Source: Acidimicrobiaceae bacterium
GTDB taxonomy: Bacteria; Actinomycetota; Acidimicrobiia; Acidimicrobiales; RAAP-2
Assembly: GCA_003158855.1 (NCBI GenBank)
Contig: PMLJ01000012.1
Coordinates: 1,516-65,515, forward strand
Length of the DNA: 64,000 nucleotides
Reading direction: 5' to 3'
The position numbers were made by a program, and so were the translations under genes. Below the pieces are notes generated by a model that saw nothing but the letters and a program-made list of their open reading frames with translations, was not told the origin of the DNA and searched no databases. Shown piece by piece: positions 1 to 9,582 of the stretch (position 1 is its first letter; each line of letters starts with the position of its first letter).

Positions 1-1266
1 AGCGTCATAGCCCTCGCGCTCCTCGGCCTCTTCGGAGCACGCCTTCGACCGCTTCGGATCTTCCTCGGCCTGTGGGCGCTCGTGGGAACCTTGAGCATCT
101 TCAGCGTCGCGAACCTGCGTGAAGCGTGGAACATCCTGCCGCTCGCCGAGAGCGCGGCCCTTTCTCGCTACCTGATGCCGAGTTGCGAGCTGGCCCTCAT
201 CGTGCTCGCCGGACTCGGCGTCATGGACTTCGCCAGCGACCGCCGCGCGAAGAGGCTCTTCACGTCCACCACCGCCTTCGCGCTTCTCTTGCTGCTCTGG
301 GCGGCGTTGGAGGCACACGCGTGGAACGTGGGCCAGTCCCACGCTTTCAAGACCCATCTGGTCTACGACATCCTGGACGCGAGCCCCTTCTTCGCCGCCT
401 TCGTGCTGCTCGTCATCGGGCGATTCTCGCGCGCGAAGATCGCGCCGCTGCTCGTCACCATTCTGCTGGTCGGCGAGTCAGTGGTGATGTTCCAGGTGCC
501 CACGGGCGGAGCCGCCAAGCAGATCAACATCGACATGGCCCCTATCCACTTCCTGCAGACCCATCAAGGCAAGGAGCGGTTCTTGGACCTGGGCATCCTC
601 ACCGCCAACTGGGGATCCGAATTCAACCTCAATTCCTTGAGCGCGATCGATCTGCCGTTCCCGAAGACCTTCGCCCACCTCATCGAATCCCAGCTGTACC
701 CGAACTTTCCCTGGCCCATCAATCAGTTCGTGATCCACGCCGGTATGGCGGGCATCGAAGCCCAGGAGCAGGAAGTCGTCGACCACTTCTCCGCCTACCA
801 GGACGCGAGCGTCAAGTATCTGGTGGCGCCGAGCTCCATTACCGTGCTGCCGGCGTTAACCGGGTTGGGTGTGCAGCAGGTCTTCGCGGACTCGATCGTC
901 GCCATCTACGAGATACCGAATCCCCGCCCGCTGTTCTCGACGGCCTCCACGTCGTGCACCGTGACCAGTTCCTCGCAGAACGCGGCGACGGTGTCGTGTC
1001 CGGCGGGCGCCACGACGCTGGTGCGCACCGAGCTCTACATGGCCGGCTGGCACGCCGACGTGAACGGCAAACCCGTCACGATCACCAAGTCCGATGGCGC
1101 CTATCAGAGCATCCCGGTGCCCGGCGGAACTTCCAAGGTCGAGTTCAGCTTCTTGCCCCCGCACGAGAAGTACGCCATCCTGGCCGGACTGCTCGCGGCC
1201 TTGTTCTTGGTCTTCACGTGGCTCCGCGAGCGGATCCCAACAAGACGGCCCCGCCACGAGCGCTGA
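1..1266 (+). CDS. YfhO-like polytopic membrane protein (putative GT-C glycosyltransferase), 5'-truncated by the window edge
   Basis: Frame is open from base 1. Several TM segments, a large extracytoplasmic domain with the YfhO-type ending (L..TELYMAGWHA.VNG...V.VP.G...V.F.F.P) and a final TM helix. Confidence 0.7.
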   Translation, partial: SVIALALLGLFGARLRPLRIFLGLWALVGTLSIFSVANLREAWNILPLAESAALSRYLMPSCELALIVLAGLGVMDFASDRRAKRLFTSTTAFALLLLLWAALEAHAWNVGQSHAFKTHLVYDILDASPFFAAFVLLVIGRFSRAKIAPLLVTILLVGESVVMFQVPTGGAAKQINIDMAPIHFLQTHQGKERFLDLGILTANWGSEFNLNSLSAIDLPFPKTFAHLIESQLYPNFPWPINQFVIHAGMAGIEAQEQEVVDHFSAYQDASVKYLVAPSSITVLPALTGLGVQQVFADSIVAIYEIPNPRPLFSTASTSCTVTSSSQNAATVSCPAGATTLVRTELYMAGWHADVNGKPVTITKSDGAYQSIPVPGGTSKVEFSFLPPHEKYAILAGLLAALFLVFTWLRERIPTRRPRHER

Positions 1267-1284
1267 GACCGCAAGCTCCTCGCC

Positions 1285-1491
1285 ATGAGTGTCACCCTCT
1301 TCGGAGCGCTCGCGGTCAGCTTCATGATGCTGATGTACGCGCTCGAATCCAAGGGGCGCCACTTCGTTGCCCTCTTCGCCCTCGGCTGCGTTCTCTCGAG
1401 CACGTACGGTTTTCTGAGCGGCGCCTGGCCCTTCGGGGTGGTCGAGGCGATCTGGACACTCGTTGCCCTGCAGCGGTGGCGCTCCAGTTGA
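1285..1491 (+). CDS. Small hydrophobic membrane protein (68 aa, CBU_0592-like)
   Basis: ATG start, 2-3 TM-like segments, GAWPFGVVEAIW motif, fills the intergenic gap. Confidence 0.7.
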   Translation: MSVTLFGALAVSFMMLMYALESKGRHFVALFALGCVLSSTYGFLSGAWPFGVVEAIWTLVALQRWRSS

Positions 1492-1564
1492 TAGCAGTAT
1501 TGGGACGTTCCGGCCACGACCGGAGGGCGATGTCGTGACTTTGGGATGCGCTACGGTGACACTG

Positions 1565-2347
1565 ATGTCAAATCGACTCGACAACCTTGATCTCAGCCAG
1601 TCGCTGACCCACGAGGAGTCCGAGCTGCGCATCCAAGCCGCCCAGCACCGGCTCACCCAGTTACGCCTCTTCACCGGGGGCCTGCTGGAGCCGTCCGAGG
1701 TGGGGCCGGGCCTGATCGTCCTCTTCGAGGGGTTCGACGCCGCCGGAAAGGGCGGCGCCATCCGACGGCTCATCGGCGGTATCGACCCTCGCCACGTTCG
1801 CGTCGTCCCGATCAGCACGCCGACCGACGAGGAATCGCGCCACCATTTCCTCTGGCGCTTCCAGGAGTCGGTGCCGGGCAAGGGCGAGATGACGGTCTAC
1901 GACCGCTCGTGGTACGGGCGCCTGCTGGTCGAGCGCGTGGAGGGCCTGATCCACTCGTCGGACCTGAAGCTCTCCGCCAGCGAGATCGTCGACTTCGAGG
2001 ACATGCTCGTCAACGACGGCGTGACCGTCGTGAAGTTCTGGCTGCACATCTCGGACCACGAGCAGCTCCGCCGATTCAACGAGCGGGCGAGCGATCCGCT
2101 GAAGCAGTGGAAGCTGACCCCCGAAGACTGGCGCAACCGAGAGCACCGCGCGCAGTACCTCGAGGCCGTCACCGACATGATCTCGACCACCGACCACCGC
2201 CACGCCCACTGGGACCTCATCGCCGCCGAGGACAAGCACTTCGCGCGCGTGGCGGTGCTCGAGACCCTCGTCGACCGCTGGGTCCACGACCTCGAGCGCC
2301 GCGACTACAGGGTTCCCCAGCCCATCGCCGGTGACTACCTGCGCTAG
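1565..2347 (+). CDS. ppk2: Polyphosphate kinase 2 family protein (single domain)
   Basis: Walker A EGFDAAGKGG, Walker B DRSWYGR, KFWLHIS and WKLTPED motifs. Start is ATG 1565 or GTG 1535 (GGAGG upstream). Confidence 0.92.
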   Translation: MSNRLDNLDLSQSLTHEESELRIQAAQHRLTQLRLFTGGLLEPSEVGPGLIVLFEGFDAAGKGGAIRRLIGGIDPRHVRVVPISTPTDEESRHHFLWRFQESVPGKGEMTVYDRSWYGRLLVERVEGLIHSSDLKLSASEIVDFEDMLVNDGVTVVKFWLHISDHEQLRRFNERASDPLKQWKLTPEDWRNREHRAQYLEAVTDMISTTDHRHAHWDLIAAEDKHFARVAVLETLVDRWVHDLERRDYRVPQPIAGDYLR

Positions 2348-2383
2348 GTGACGGCGCAACCCGGTGCTTTCTGAAACACTGAC

Positions 2384-3340
2384 ATGATGGACTCTCGCTA
2401 CGGCATCACCATTCCCTTCGACGGCGTTTCACTTCTCGAGCACCGGGACTGGTTCCACCGGCTCGCCGATCTCGGCTACACCGACGTCTGGTCCGCCGAG
2501 GTCGACGGCGCGGACGGATTCACGCCCCTGACCCTCGCCGCCGCGTGGGAAGCGCGGCTGCACCTGGGCGTCGCCGTGACGCCGGTCTACACGCGCGGTC
2601 CGGGTCTCATGGCCATGAGCATCGCCGCTCTCGCCGAGGTCGCCGGGGGCCGCTTCATCATGGGGCTCGGCGCGTCGAGCCTCCCGGTCGTCGAACGCTG
2701 GAACGGCATTGCCTACGACAAGCCCTACGCGCACACCCGCGACGTGCTCCGGTTCGTGAAGAAGGCGCTCGACGGCGAGAAGATCGACGAGGTCTTCGAG
2801 ACGTTCGAGGTGCACGGCTTCAAGCTCTCGCGCCCGGTGCTCGAACGCCCGCCCATACTGCTCGGCGCCCTGCGTCCGCGCATGCTGCGCCTCGCCGGCG
2901 AAGAGGCCGACGGGGCCATCCTCAACTGGCTCGCCGCCACGGACGTCGCCCAGTGCATCGCCGAGGTCGGAGCGGGCAAGATCATCGCCGCGCGCCTCTT
3001 CGTCATCCCGACCGAAGACGCCGACGCCGCGCGCTACATAGCCCGGCGGATGATCTCGTCGTACCTCACGGTCGCCACCTACGCCGAGTTCCACCGCTGG
3101 CTCGGGCGCGCCGAGCTCCTCCAGCCCATGTGGGACGCGTGGGCTGAGGGCGACCGCAAGCTCGCTAACGAGGCCATCCCCGACTCCGTCGTCGACGAGC
3201 TCATCATCCACGGCTCCTACGCCCAGTGCCGCGATCACGTCGCGCGCTTCATCGAAAACGGCGTGCAGATCCCCACCCTCGCCATTGTCCCCTTCGGTGT
3301 CGATCTGAAGGACGCCGTCGAGGGTCTCGCCCCGCGCTGA
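2384..3340 (+). CDS. LLM-class (luciferase-like) F420-dependent oxidoreductase
   Basis: GYTDVWSAE, GRFIMGLGAS and PILLGALRPRMLRLAGEEADG motifs; cofD/cofE occur in the same window. Confidence 0.85.
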   Translation: MMDSRYGITIPFDGVSLLEHRDWFHRLADLGYTDVWSAEVDGADGFTPLTLAAAWEARLHLGVAVTPVYTRGPGLMAMSIAALAEVAGGRFIMGLGASSLPVVERWNGIAYDKPYAHTRDVLRFVKKALDGEKIDEVFETFEVHGFKLSRPVLERPPILLGALRPRMLRLAGEEADGAILNWLAATDVAQCIAEVGAGKIIAARLFVIPTEDADAARYIARRMISSYLTVATYAEFHRWLGRAELLQPMWDAWAEGDRKLANEAIPDSVVDELIIHGSYAQCRDHVARFIENGVQIPTLAIVPFGVDLKDAVEGLAPR

Positions 3341-3726
3341 GCCGAGCCCGTTTCGAGAAACTCCGGAGTACCCGCGAACTTCGCGCGCCGCCGGGGTCGA
3401 GACGTGGTCGGTCGCCAGTTCGCTCGGCGTCGCCGCCCGAGTCCCCTAAGGCTCCCGTCCACGGTCCGCGCGCCTTCACCTCTCCTCGCACGGGCCTGAC
3501 GATGCGTCGCGCTTGGTCCCAACCGTGGCGAAGGGACTCGATGGGCATGACCTGCCCACGCACGAATCCGCCCATCCACGCCACTCTTCCTTCGAACTCC
3601 GCTTCGGCTTCACGGTCCCCCGCCAGGGACCACCCGCCTTGTCCGGCTCACTCTGCGCTCGCGAGATGGGCCGGGACCGGGGCTCCCCTTGTTCCCTACA
3701 CTTGTGGCGTGAACGATCGGAGCACC

Positions 3727-4233
3727 ATGGCCAAGAAGAAGAAGTCCCCCAAGAAGGTGAAGATCGGCGTCGTCGACACGATGTTCGCGCGCTACGACAT
3801 GGGCGCGGCGGCCAGCGCCGAGCTGGCGGAGTGCCCCGGCTACGGAAAGAAGTTCGAGGTCGTCGCCGTGACCGTGCCCGGGTTCAAGGACCTGGCGGTC
3901 GCCGCCAAGAACCTGATCGAGAAGGACGGCTGCTCGATCGTGGTGGCGCTCGGCATGCCCGGGTCCGCGCCCATCGACAAGCAGTGCGCCCACGAGGCCG
4001 CCCAGGGCATCATGCAGGCGCAGCTGCTCACCTCGACGCCGATCCTGGAGGTCTTCGTGCACGAGGACGAGTCTGACGATCCCAGGGTGCTCGCCTCGGT
4101 CTTCGAGAGCCGCTCGCGCAAGCACGCCCGAAACGCCTACTGGATGCTCTTCGAGCCCGAGCAGCTGCGCCAACGCGCTGGTCAAGGCGTGCGCCAGGGA
4201 TTCGGCGACGCCGGTCCCCTCGAATTCACGTGA
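3727..4233 (+). CDS. ribC: Archaeal-type riboflavin synthase (lumazine-synthase fold)
   Basis: IGVVDTMFARYDM, TVPGFKDLAVAAK.LIE..GC.IV.ALGMPG, CAHEA..G...AQL, EVFVHEDE and RAGQGVRQGFGDAGP are colinear with the methanogen riboflavin synthase as recalled. GGAG SD upstream. Confidence 0.9.
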   Translation: MAKKKKSPKKVKIGVVDTMFARYDMGAAASAELAECPGYGKKFEVVAVTVPGFKDLAVAAKNLIEKDGCSIVVALGMPGSAPIDKQCAHEAAQGIMQAQLLTSTPILEVFVHEDESDDPRVLASVFESRSRKHARNAYWMLFEPEQLRQRAGQGVRQGFGDAGPLEFT

Positions 4234-4274
4234 GCATTCCCAGCGAGCTCGCGACATTCACTATGCTCGCCAGA

Positions 4275-4290
4275 GTTACCCTGCAGTAAC
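4275..4290 (+). promoter_or_regulatory. GTTAC-N6-GTAAC inverted/direct repeat upstream of the thiolase (GlnR/MtrA-type box candidate)
   Basis: GTTAC 4275-4279 and GTAAC 4286-4290 lie between a TATGCT -10-like hexamer (4262-4267) and an AGGAGG SD. Confidence 0.35.
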
Positions 4291-4305
4291 CACTAGGAGG
4301 AACCC

Positions 4306-5514
4306 ATGCCCGAAGCCGTAATCGTCGCCACCGGCCGCACCCCGATCGGGCGCGCCTTCAAGGGATCGCTCGTCGACGTGCGACCCGACGACCTCGCGGC
4401 CCACGTCGTGCGCGCAGTGCTCGCGAAGATCCCCGAGCTCGATCCCCACACCGTCGAGGACCTGATCATGGGCTGCGGCTCGCCCGCCGGCGAATCCGGT
4501 TTCAACGTCGGGCGCGTCACGGCGATACTCGCCGGACTCGACAATGTCCCGGGGGTGACGGTCAACCGGTACTGCTCCTCGTCGCTGCAGACCATCCGCA
4601 TGGCCGCCCACGCCATCCGATCGGGCGAAGGCGACGTCTTCGTCGCCGCCGGTGTCGAGACCGTCTCGCGTTACGGGTCGGGCGCCTCGGACAGTGGCAA
4701 GGCCCTGAATCCGCTCTTCAGTGACGCCCTCGCGCGCACGCAGAGCCGTTCCGAGAAGGTGACCGTGCCCTGGACCGCGCAGCCCGGGCTCCCCGACATC
4801 TACATCGCCATGGGCCAGACCGCCGAGAACGTCGCCGAGTTGGAGAACGTCTCGCGTCTGGAGATGGACGAGTTCGCCGTGCGCAGCCAGGCGCTCGCCG
4901 TCGCGCACCAGGAGAACGGCTTCTTCGAACGTGAGATCATCCCCGTCACTCTCCCCGACGGCACCGTGATCTCCAAGGACGACGGCCCGCGCGCCGGCAC
5001 GACGCTGGAGAAGCTTTCGGCGCTGCTGCCGGTGTTTCGCGAGGGCGGCAAGGTCACGGCCGGCAACGCCTGCCCGCTGAACGACGGCGCGGCCGCCGTG
5101 GTCGTCATGAGCGACACCCGCGCGAAGGAACTCGGCCTCAAGCCCCTGGCGCGAATCGTCGCGAGCGGCGTGAGCGGGCTCAACCCCGAGATCATGGGGC
5201 TCGGCCCGATCGAGGCGTGCCGCCAGGCGCTGAAGCGCGCCGGACTCACCATCGACGACATCGACCTCGTCGAGATCAACGAGGCCTTCGCGGCCCAGGT
5301 GATCCCGTCGGCCAAGCACCTCGGGATCAGCCTCGAGAAGCTGAACATCCGCGGTGGCGGCATTGCGCTGGGCCACCCCTTCGGAATGACCGGGGCGCGC
5401 ATCATGACGACGCTGCTCAACTCGCTCGAGGACGCGGGTGCTCGCTACGGCATGGAGACCATGTGCGTCGGCGGCGGCCAGGGCATGGCGATGATCGTCG
5501 AGCGTTTGGACTGA
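4306..5514 (+). CDS. Acetyl-CoA C-acyltransferase (thiolase)
   Basis: TVNRYCSSS (catalytic Cys), NEAFAAQ, GHPFGMTG and MCVGGGQG motifs; strong SD. Confidence 0.95.
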   Translation: MPEAVIVATGRTPIGRAFKGSLVDVRPDDLAAHVVRAVLAKIPELDPHTVEDLIMGCGSPAGESGFNVGRVTAILAGLDNVPGVTVNRYCSSSLQTIRMAAHAIRSGEGDVFVAAGVETVSRYGSGASDSGKALNPLFSDALARTQSRSEKVTVPWTAQPGLPDIYIAMGQTAENVAELENVSRLEMDEFAVRSQALAVAHQENGFFEREIIPVTLPDGTVISKDDGPRAGTTLEKLSALLPVFREGGKVTAGNACPLNDGAAAVVVMSDTRAKELGLKPLARIVASGVSGLNPEIMGLGPIEACRQALKRAGLTIDDIDLVEINEAFAAQVIPSAKHLGISLEKLNIRGGGIALGHPFGMTGARIMTTLLNSLEDAGARYGMETMCVGGGQGMAMIVERLD

Positions 5515-5543
5515 CCCGGGCAGTTACCGCCGCGACGGCGCGG

Positions 5544-5771
5544 CTACTGCGGGCCGGTCGTGCGCCCGGTCGGGTCCTGGGTAAGGGTGAGGTGCTCCTC
5601 GTCGGCGACGGGCCTCGACTCGTCGGGCAGCAGCACCGGAATCGAGTCGCGGACCTCGTAGGCCACGCGAAGCCGCGGGTTGTAGAGGACGTTCTTCGAG
5701 TCGATGTAGATCAACGTGCCGTGATCCACCGGGTCTTCCAGGAGGTCGAGAAGGAAACTGTCGAGAGCCAT
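5544..5771 (-). CDS. Trm112-family protein
   Basis: LLDLLEDP.DHG.L ... YEVRDSIPVLLPDE; usual position downstream of manB in actinobacteria. Confidence 0.88.
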   Translation of the reverse strand: MALDSFLLDLLEDPVDHGTLIYIDSKNVLYNPRLRVAYEVRDSIPVLLPDESRPVADEEHLTLTQDPTGRTTGPQ

Positions 5772-5776
5772 TGCGC

Positions 5777-7123
5777 TTACGCCCCTTTGATCATGGTCAG
5801 CACTTCTTGCACCCGCTGCTGGCAGGCCGCTTCGTCTGCGGCTTCCACGTTGAGGCGAAGCAGCGGTTCGGTGTTGGACGGGCGCAGGTTGAACCACCAG
5901 GGTCCGTAGTCGGCGGTGATGCCATCGAGCTCGTCGACGCTGACGCCAGCGGCCTTCAACGACGCCGCGATCCTCTCCACGGTCGCGAGCGGGTTCGCCA
6001 CCTCGGTGTTGATCTCGCCCGACGCCGCGAAACGCTTGAACGGCCGGGCCAGCTCGGAGAGCGGAAGCGTCGACTGGCTGAGCATCTCGAGCACGATGAG
6101 CGCGGTGATGATGCCCGAGTCCGCGCGGAAGTTGTCGCGGTAGTAGTAGTGGCCGGAGTGCTCGCCGCCGAAGACCGCATCGGTGTCGGCCATCACCTTC
6201 TTGATATAGCTGTGGCCCACCCGCGTGCGGATCGCGACGCCGCCGGCTGCTTCGATCGACTCCGGCACGGACTTCGAGCAGATCAGGTTGTAGAGGATCT
6301 TGGCGCCGGGGTTGCGCTTCAGCATCGCGGTCGCCACCATGGCCGTGGTCGTGGACCCGCTGATCGGCTGGGCCTTCTCGTCGATCAGGAAGACGCGGTC
6401 GGCGTCGCCGTCAAAGGCCAGCCCCACGTCGGCGCCGGTTTCGAGGACCCGGCGCTGGAGATCACGGATGTTCTCCGGGTTGATCGGATCGGCGGGGTGG
6501 TTCGGAAACGTTCCGTCGAGGGCCTCGTAGATGATCTCGACGTCGAAGGGCAGGTCCCGGAAGATCTCGGGCACGATGAAGCCGCCCATCCCGTTGGCGG
6601 TGTCGGCGACGATGCTGAGGTGGCGCAGGGTGGAGCGGTCGACGAACGAGTGCACGTGGCGCACCCACTCGGCCATGAGGTCGATCTTCTTGTACGGCGC
6701 CGCGTCGCCCGAGGCGGGCTCGTCGTAGTAGGTGTTGGCCATCGCCTCGATCTCGACGAGGCCGGTGTCGACGCCGACGGGCTTGGCTCCCGCGAGGCAG
6801 AGCTTGATCCCGTTGTACTGGGCGGGGTTGTGCGAGGCGGTGAACATCGCGCCCGGCGCGTCGAGGTGGCCCGAGGCGTAGTAGAGGAAGTCCGTTGAGG
6901 CGAGACCGAGGTCGAGGACCTCGACGCCGACGTGGCGCGCGCCGTCGGCGAAGGCTTCGCAGAGGCTCACCCCCGAGGGGCGCATGTCGCGCGCGATGAC
7001 GACCCGGGGGGCGCCGACGAACGTGGCGAAGGCCGATCCGACGGCGCGGGCCAGCCGTTCGTTGAGTTGATCGGGGTAGGTGCCCCTGATGTCGTAAGCC
7101 TTGAAGATGTCAGTTGTGTCCAC
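5777..7123 (-). CDS. manB: Phosphomannomutase/phosphoglucomutase
   Basis: IFKAYDIRG, FTASHNP (phospho-Ser), FDGDADR and GGEHSGH motifs. GTG start at 7123 inferred. Confidence 0.95.
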   Translation of the reverse strand: MDTTDIFKAYDIRGTYPDQLNERLARAVGSAFATFVGAPRVVIARDMRPSGVSLCEAFADGARHVGVEVLDLGLASTDFLYYASGHLDAPGAMFTASHNPAQYNGIKLCLAGAKPVGVDTGLVEIEAMANTYYDEPASGDAAPYKKIDLMAEWVRHVHSFVDRSTLRHLSIVADTANGMGGFIVPEIFRDLPFDVEIIYEALDGTFPNHPADPINPENIRDLQRRVLETGADVGLAFDGDADRVFLIDEKAQPISGSTTTAMVATAMLKRNPGAKILYNLICSKSVPESIEAAGGVAIRTRVGHSYIKKVMADTDAVFGGEHSGHYYYRDNFRADSGIITALIVLEMLSQSTLPLSELARPFKRFAASGEINTEVANPLATVERIAASLKAAGVSVDELDGITADYGPWWFNLRPSNTEPLLRLNVEAADEAACQQRVQEVLTMIKGA

Positions 7124-7134
7124 GACCAACCACT

Positions 7135-9582
7135 CTACCTGCGGGCGTTTCGGCGCCTCCGCAGGACGAACCACGACGTCACGAGCAACGCCACCGTCGC
7201 CACGTCGCTGATGACGTTGCCGAGCACGAGCGCCGGGGTGCTTCCGTAGGTCAGCGAGACGTCGCGCGACGTCGGAACGACGACCATGAGGTTGGGGCTC
7301 ACCCGGTACGGGCCCGTGGCGCCCGAGGCGTGCCAGCGCGGGTAGTACGAGATCTTCACGAGCACCGGCACCCCGACCCGGCTCACGTGGAACGAGACCG
7401 TCTGGGTGCCCACGTGAACATCGGTGACCGTCACGGCGGGCAGGCGCCGCGTGGTCTTCATGTGGCTGACCGAACTCACGCGCGGCCACGAGCTCGGGCC
7501 GCTCTCGGCGGCGAGCACCGACCATGCGTCTTTCTGGAGCCACCAGGTCTCGTTGGCGCTGAGCCACTGGACGCGACTGCCTATCGCGGCCACGACGTTG
7601 GGCGAGTACGCGAGCGGCTGGACCACGGGGCTGTCCTTGATCAGATAGATCCGCCACGTATCGCCCGGCGACGGCCAGTGCCTGGTCGTGGCGACGAGCT
7701 TCAGCTCCGGGTCGTTGTTGGCTTCGGAGACGGCGTTGGACGAGTACGCGATGTAGTACTTGACGCCCAGCATCTGCAGGTGCTGCACTCCCTCGACGAC
7801 GTCGAGCGACCCGTAGTTGAGTCCGCTCTCGGGATTGCTCGGCGACGCGCTGAGCTCGGCCTGATCCAAGAAGTGGTAGGGGGCCGTGGGCGACGACTCG
7901 AAGAACAGCCCCTCCATCGAGTCAACGCAGTTGTTGGTCCAGTAGGGCAGGAGCATGAGGGCTTCGGGCGTGCCGAAGCGATTCTGGTTCGCGTTGTATT
8001 CCCACATCGCCCTACCGCAGCCGTAGCGCCGGGCGACCTTCGCCATGGTGACCATGATGTCGTGGTACTCCGGCCACGCCGGCTTCGCCTGGTAGCCCGA
8101 GTAGTTCCACGCCGCCCAGCTCGTGACCTGATTGCCCGACGTATCGAGGTGCAGGTCCTTCGCCACAGGTGGTATCAGGCCCGGCACGGTCGAGAGCAGG
8201 CCCAGCAGGGCGACGAATGCGGTCGCCTGGAAGGTGCGCCGCGCCGCGCGAACCTGCTCGCTCGCGACTCGGTCCTGCGCGGACTCTTCGAAACGCAACT
8301 GGTCGTAGATCGCGAAATCGTCGAACTGGACGTCGAGCTCGCGGGGCTCGTCTGCTGCGTCGACGCTCACGTAGTCAATGCGGTCGCCCTCCAGGTACCG
8401 AACCTCGAACCCACGTCTCCTCTTTCGCCTGATCCACCTCATCGCCACGTAGCCAACGAGCCAGCCCGCGATGAGGTGGATCGAGATGAACCAGAAGGGC
8501 ACGAACCGCTCGTTCCAGAGCGCGCTCTGGGGATCGAAGACGTAGGCGAGGAAGGAGAGGACCGTGAGGGTCGCGAGCACCATTCCGAGGCGGTCGCGCA
8601 CGACGAAGGCCAGGACGATGGCGACGCCCGCCAGGATGATCACCCACCGGTCGCCGCCCGCGGTGATGGCCCCCGTGGTGGGATCGCGAAAGTACCAGCC
8701 GAGCTGGGCGAAGATCTGCTTCAGGTCGCTGACGTTCTGGTTGGTGTAGCCCATGGAGTTCGTGAGGCTCTGGGAGGTGGCGAACGAGACCAGCCACCAC
8801 GCGCTGAGGGCGAACGAGAGAATCCCCGCGCCGACGGCGAAGCGCACCGGGCGCGCGTAGTCTCCACGGGCCATGTCGAGGTCGCTCGGGTCCCCGATGC
8901 CGCGTCGCTGCAGCAGCTCGAAGACAACGAGCACGCCCACCGCGCCGACCGTGAACATCCAGGGCAGGATGTGCGACGCCAGCGTCGCGCTCAGACCGAG
9001 CGCCGCCCACCAGTAGCCCCGCCCCGTCCTCACGCCCCGGGCGAACAGACCGATGGTCAGGAGGCTCAACGCCAACGACAGCGAGAACGAGTACTCCCCC
9101 GCCATGGTCGAGAAGAGGTTCCCACCGTCGATCGTGAATGAGGCGTCGAAGAGGAACGGCAGGGTCGCGACGGCGAGCGCGGCGGGAATCGGTCGAGGGG
9201 CCCGGAAGAGCCGGCCCATCGCGTACGCGGTGATCGGCATCAGCACCGAGCCGAGGATCGTCGCCAGCTTGAAGGCGACGGCGAAGTTGATGACGTAGCT
9301 CGCCCACGTCGCGAGCACGTCGGGCAGGACGAAGTAATAGGTGTACGCGGGCATTCCCGCGAACCAACCGGGGTACCAGGGGGTGAGGTTGAAGAGGTTG
9401 CCCTGGGTCTGCAGGTACGCCGGCAGCGCCAGGTGCGAGCCCGTGTCGCCCCCGGTGATAAGGGTGGAGGAAAAGACCATCGAAGGGTGCAGCGACCAGA
9501 CGGTGACGTAGATCACGGCGAAGACCACGACCGCGTCGAAGGCCCCCGCCGGCGTCCAGATGTCCTTCAGCCGCCGGATCAT
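7135..9582 (-). CDS. Large polytopic membrane protein, PTPS-related/GT-C-like glycosyltransferase
   Basis: GGDTGSH and WYPGWFAGMP..TYY N-terminal loop, about 12 TM segments, extracytoplasmic domain, YfhO-like C-terminus. TGATG overlap with the upstream gene. Confidence 0.75.
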   Translation of the reverse strand: MIRRLKDIWTPAGAFDAVVVFAVIYVTVWSLHPSMVFSSTLITGGDTGSHLALPAYLQTQGNLFNLTPWYPGWFAGMPAYTYYFVLPDVLATWASYVINFAVAFKLATILGSVLMPITAYAMGRLFRAPRPIPAALAVATLPFLFDASFTIDGGNLFSTMAGEYSFSLSLALSLLTIGLFARGVRTGRGYWWAALGLSATLASHILPWMFTVGAVGVLVVFELLQRRGIGDPSDLDMARGDYARPVRFAVGAGILSFALSAWWLVSFATSQSLTNSMGYTNQNVSDLKQIFAQLGWYFRDPTTGAITAGGDRWVIILAGVAIVLAFVVRDRLGMVLATLTVLSFLAYVFDPQSALWNERFVPFWFISIHLIAGWLVGYVAMRWIRRKRRRGFEVRYLEGDRIDYVSVDAADEPRELDVQFDDFAIYDQLRFEESAQDRVASEQVRAARRTFQATAFVALLGLLSTVPGLIPPVAKDLHLDTSGNQVTSWAAWNYSGYQAKPAWPEYHDIMVTMAKVARRYGCGRAMWEYNANQNRFGTPEALMLLPYWTNNCVDSMEGLFFESSPTAPYHFLDQAELSASPSNPESGLNYGSLDVVEGVQHLQMLGVKYYIAYSSNAVSEANNDPELKLVATTRHWPSPGDTWRIYLIKDSPVVQPLAYSPNVVAAIGSRVQWLSANETWWLQKDAWSVLAAESGPSSWPRVSSVSHMKTTRRLPAVTVTDVHVGTQTVSFHVSRVGVPVLVKISYYPRWHASGATGPYRVSPNLMVVVPTSRDVSLTYGSTPALVLGNVISDVATVALLVTSWFVLRRRRNARR

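Noticed and set aside
3249-3584. 111-aa minus-strand ORF
   Set aside because: No recognisable motif and it overlaps the 3' end of the LLM gene by about 90 nt. Not supportable as a gene, though not excluded.
3341-3726. FMN riboswitch, RNase P RNA, SRP RNA or cobalamin riboswitch
   Set aside because: None of the hallmark conserved strings could be found on either strand. Kept only as an unexplained region.
3727-4233. Ordinary lumazine synthase RibH
   Set aside because: It lacks the RibH VPG[AS]xE and G.VIRG.T.H signatures and matches the archaeal riboflavin synthase motifs instead.
7114-9141. Long antisense or alternative-frame ORFs (also 34606-36633, 57677-59197, 25696-27336, 5771-6898 and many others)
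   Set aside because: Arg/Gly/Pro-rich shadow frames caused by high GC3 bias, each fully overlapping a gene with clear family motifs.
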